This document shows positions 62,401-64,000 of a stretch of DNA of 64,000 bases, piece by piece. The stretch is from positions 1,488,001 through 1,552,000 of the forward strand of contig NW_026782116.1 of assembly GCF_031769215.1 (NCBI RefSeq), read 5' to 3'. The notes under the pieces were generated by a model. The model was not told where the DNA came from and did not search any database. It saw only the letters and a list, made by a program, of their open reading frames with translations. The translations under genes were made by a program, and so were the position numbers. The stretch is from Ylistrum balloti. Its lineage: Eukaryota. Position 1 is the first letter of the stretch; each line of letters opens with the position of its first letter.

Positions 62401-63682
62401 TTGCTGATTATTTGCAGGGTTAATCACCCTGAACACAGCCAAGTCATATTGATGCTTGGTCTTAATTACATAGCTGGTGTCTACTTCATTGAACAACATA
62501 CTGGAGGCCCATCACATGCCATCCAGAGCAATAAGGGTAAAGTGTCTTACCTAAGGACACAACCATGACAGCATTGACCAGTCTGTTTCTCAGCTTCCTG
62601 AGAAAAACAAACAGCCATGGGCAGGGTGCATCAAATAATGCATTTCTGATCTTCATCTGGGGCTATCTATGCCAACAATCTCCAGACTGAGCTATCCCGG
62701 TCTTGTGAGTAAAGTAATTCAATATATAAAAGTAAATACAAATACAACCTAGTAAATATCTCACTTATTCATTAATGGTCTGATGAGTTTCTCTTGTGCT
62801 TCTCTCTTAACTGCCTCTTTCAGAAGATCTCTCTGTCCCCGGTACCCTGTAATATTACAACAGTACAAGTATTACTGGGTTTGTGTTGAAGCCATTAAAA
62901 GACTGACATTTGCCATTGAATTCCAAATTTCAGTTTTATATATAACAAGTATAACAGAATATCAATATATTTCATACAAATTATCAGTTAACTCTGGCCA
63001 GAATTATATGTAATACTGTTTTCAGTAGGACATTAATAAACTCTTTTTGGATCTTCTTTTATGATTATTTGAAAGTTTCTACAATGGCATAAAGTTATTT
63101 ATCAAGTAAACAAGTTATTTTGCATTGACAATTCAATATAATTCTGCTCTAGTATGATATGTTTGTTGAGCTGTTATTATTGAGATGTTTAAGATACAAT
63201 GAAAGTGAAAAAGTGAAAAAGAGAATTAAGAGGTTCCAAGGAAAACTACTCACATAGTACAGGGTATAAATGGTCCTGTCTAATTTCCCCGAGTGTCTTT
63301 TTCAACTCTACATCCTCATTCTGTGGTGCATGCTGGTAAGATATCAAATATAATGTCATTCATAATATGAATCAAAATCTGTGACTAACTTTTAGGAAAT
63401 GCTGTATTTTTCATTTTGCATAGTATCAACCATACGTTAAAGGTTTGTATTCTCTTTCATAAAAAGAAAATTGATTTAAAGTTATCTATTCCTAATAAAT
63501 GTTTCACCTGTTTGTATCATCTTTGTCAATTTCATAGTAATAATAATTAAAATTACCCTTCCGTTAACATCTCTGAAGAATGGCACTCTAAACCAGGTGA
63601 GAGGTTTGATTACGGAATTCGAATCTGATGAGGATATGTTCTTTCTACCGGATTTCACACTTAGCTCCTCTTCCAGTGTAGT
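44472..63682 (-). CDS. SNAPC4: snRNA-activating protein complex subunit 4 (SNAP190, multi-Myb), 5'-partial, about 1574 aa in the window
   Basis: 20 phase-consistent exons: 63682-63557, 63332-63254, 62846-62765, 61908-61795, 60286-60211, 59364-59200, 58874-58807, 58580-58498, 57382-57279, 57110-56915, 55197-55070, 54819-54757, 54165-54072, 50933-50734, 50485-50236, 49678-49593, 49127-47833, 46979-46858, 46603-45554, 44815-44472. SNAPC4-specific motifs: PFFRD..PQNED, IDWMKISNID, KFWVNVLQPEINKDKW, NRSAYQCLQYYQ, EWTEEEDNLL..CRVGNRISW, YFIEGR, GRWSAEED, VPGRSAYQCRDRY. Confidence 0.92.
47095..47400. repeat. Degenerate 55-bp tandem repeat, about 5-6 copies, intronic
   Basis: ctgtcct recurs at 47148, 47258, 47313 and 47368. 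Confidence 0.75.
51653..53190. repeat. Highly homogeneous 55-bp minisatellite, about 28 copies, intronic
   Basis: Unit gtagtgtcagaacaattttaatgt(t/c)aacaacagtgcctgacgttactgtatcaac. Confidence 0.97.
54246..54756. repeat. 57-bp minisatellite, about 9 copies, abutting the donor of SNAPC4 exon 54819-54757
   Basis: Unit ggactaaccacacttactgatcaatacttggctggtaagtagcaaacagtaatacct, at 54246, 54303 and 54360. Confidence 0.95.
55700..55972. repeat. 36-bp minisatellite, about 8 copies
   Basis: Unit atatctgagattttcatacaaggtatatatcataca. Confidence 0.93.
55973..56655. mobile_element. Non-autonomous Helentron/MITE-like element inserted into the 36-bp array
   Basis: Starts acaagaggcctagcgaccttgaagctcacc and ends gattagaataggtcaccatgtgac (short hairpin). 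A degenerate 36-bp unit resumes at about 56670. The superfamily call rests on remembered bivalve repeat termini. Confidence 0.5.
57981..58065. repeat. 22-bp tandem repeat, 4 copies
   Basis: Unit tagaaccattacttatacaaag. Confidence 0.9.
59729..59984. repeat. 64-bp tandem repeat, 4 copies
   Basis: catgagaaagttaacaatctaatttgagaaaggtgccttaatgtatctctgaaaaagtgtgata occurs at 59729, 59793 and onward. Confidence 0.93.
62385..62702 (-). mobile_element. tRNA-derived SINE with CORE-like central domain, intronic
   Basis: The minus strand begins GACCGGGATAGCTCAGTCTGGAGA (A-box-like). It contains GTGTCCTTAGGTAAGACACTTTACCC (CORE-SINE-like) and ends in an A-rich tail after GACTTGGCTGTG. It does not fold as a complete tRNA. 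Confidence 0.7.
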
Positions 63683-64000
63683 CTGAGAAAAACAGTAATA
63701 AAACATAGATATAGGTCCATTGTGCAAAAGCTTCAAATTTTGTTTCAAATTAGGATAGCATCATGAAGTAGGAGCTCATTTCTATCCATTTTTTTTATAT
63801 TTTATTTTCATATTGTAAATAAGACTTTACAAGGTATCTTATGGAATTATAACCATTTCAAATTTAGCTAAATATGTTAAAAAAAAATAACCAACATCTA
63901 TTACATTTAAAACATTCATGTAGTGTAAACAAAGATTACAAAGTTCACTGGATTCGACACACCAAACTCTAGAAAACGTGCATGTTATCAAGATCAAAGA

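Noticed and set aside
62640-62702. tRNA gene
   Set aside because: The A-box-like head has no proper T-arm/B-box or acceptor stem and continues into a SINE core.

Overview
AT-rich, intron-containing animal DNA, most likely a mollusc or other lophotrochozoan (inferred from gene content and repeat style). I spliced exons by hand and checked every intron phase. Genes: (1) 6020-15908 (+), a membrane-anchor-free TIR-STING locus with two complete TIR+STING units in tandem. They can be joined in frame into one ~702-aa TIR-STING-TIR-STING chain. Unit 1 keeps the TIR catalytic-position Glu and the lid Arg238 equivalent, while unit 2 has lost both. This is the most interesting system in the window. (2) A 7-exon FAXC/metaxin-like GST-fold gene, 25783-29532 (+). 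(3) Two intronless tandem class A peptide-receptor-like GPCRs, 34632-35696 and 38036-39118 (+). They share a probable gene-conversion tract, and a ~68-copy 36-bp satellite grew out of the second gene's own stop codon. (4) A 20-exon SNAPC4/SNAP190 gene on the minus strand, 44472 to beyond 63682, with its 5' end outside the window. Other content: a frameshifted Tc1 (DD34E) element with intact TIRs, Penelope-like and non-LTR retroelement fragments, a tRNA-derived SINE, Helentron/MITE-like elements, a possible Thr-rich/TM gene relic, and about 15 minisatellite arrays. The long repeat-spanning ORFs are artefacts. No CRISPR, rRNA, true tRNA or cGAS-like gene was seen. All family assignments come from remembered motifs, not database searches.
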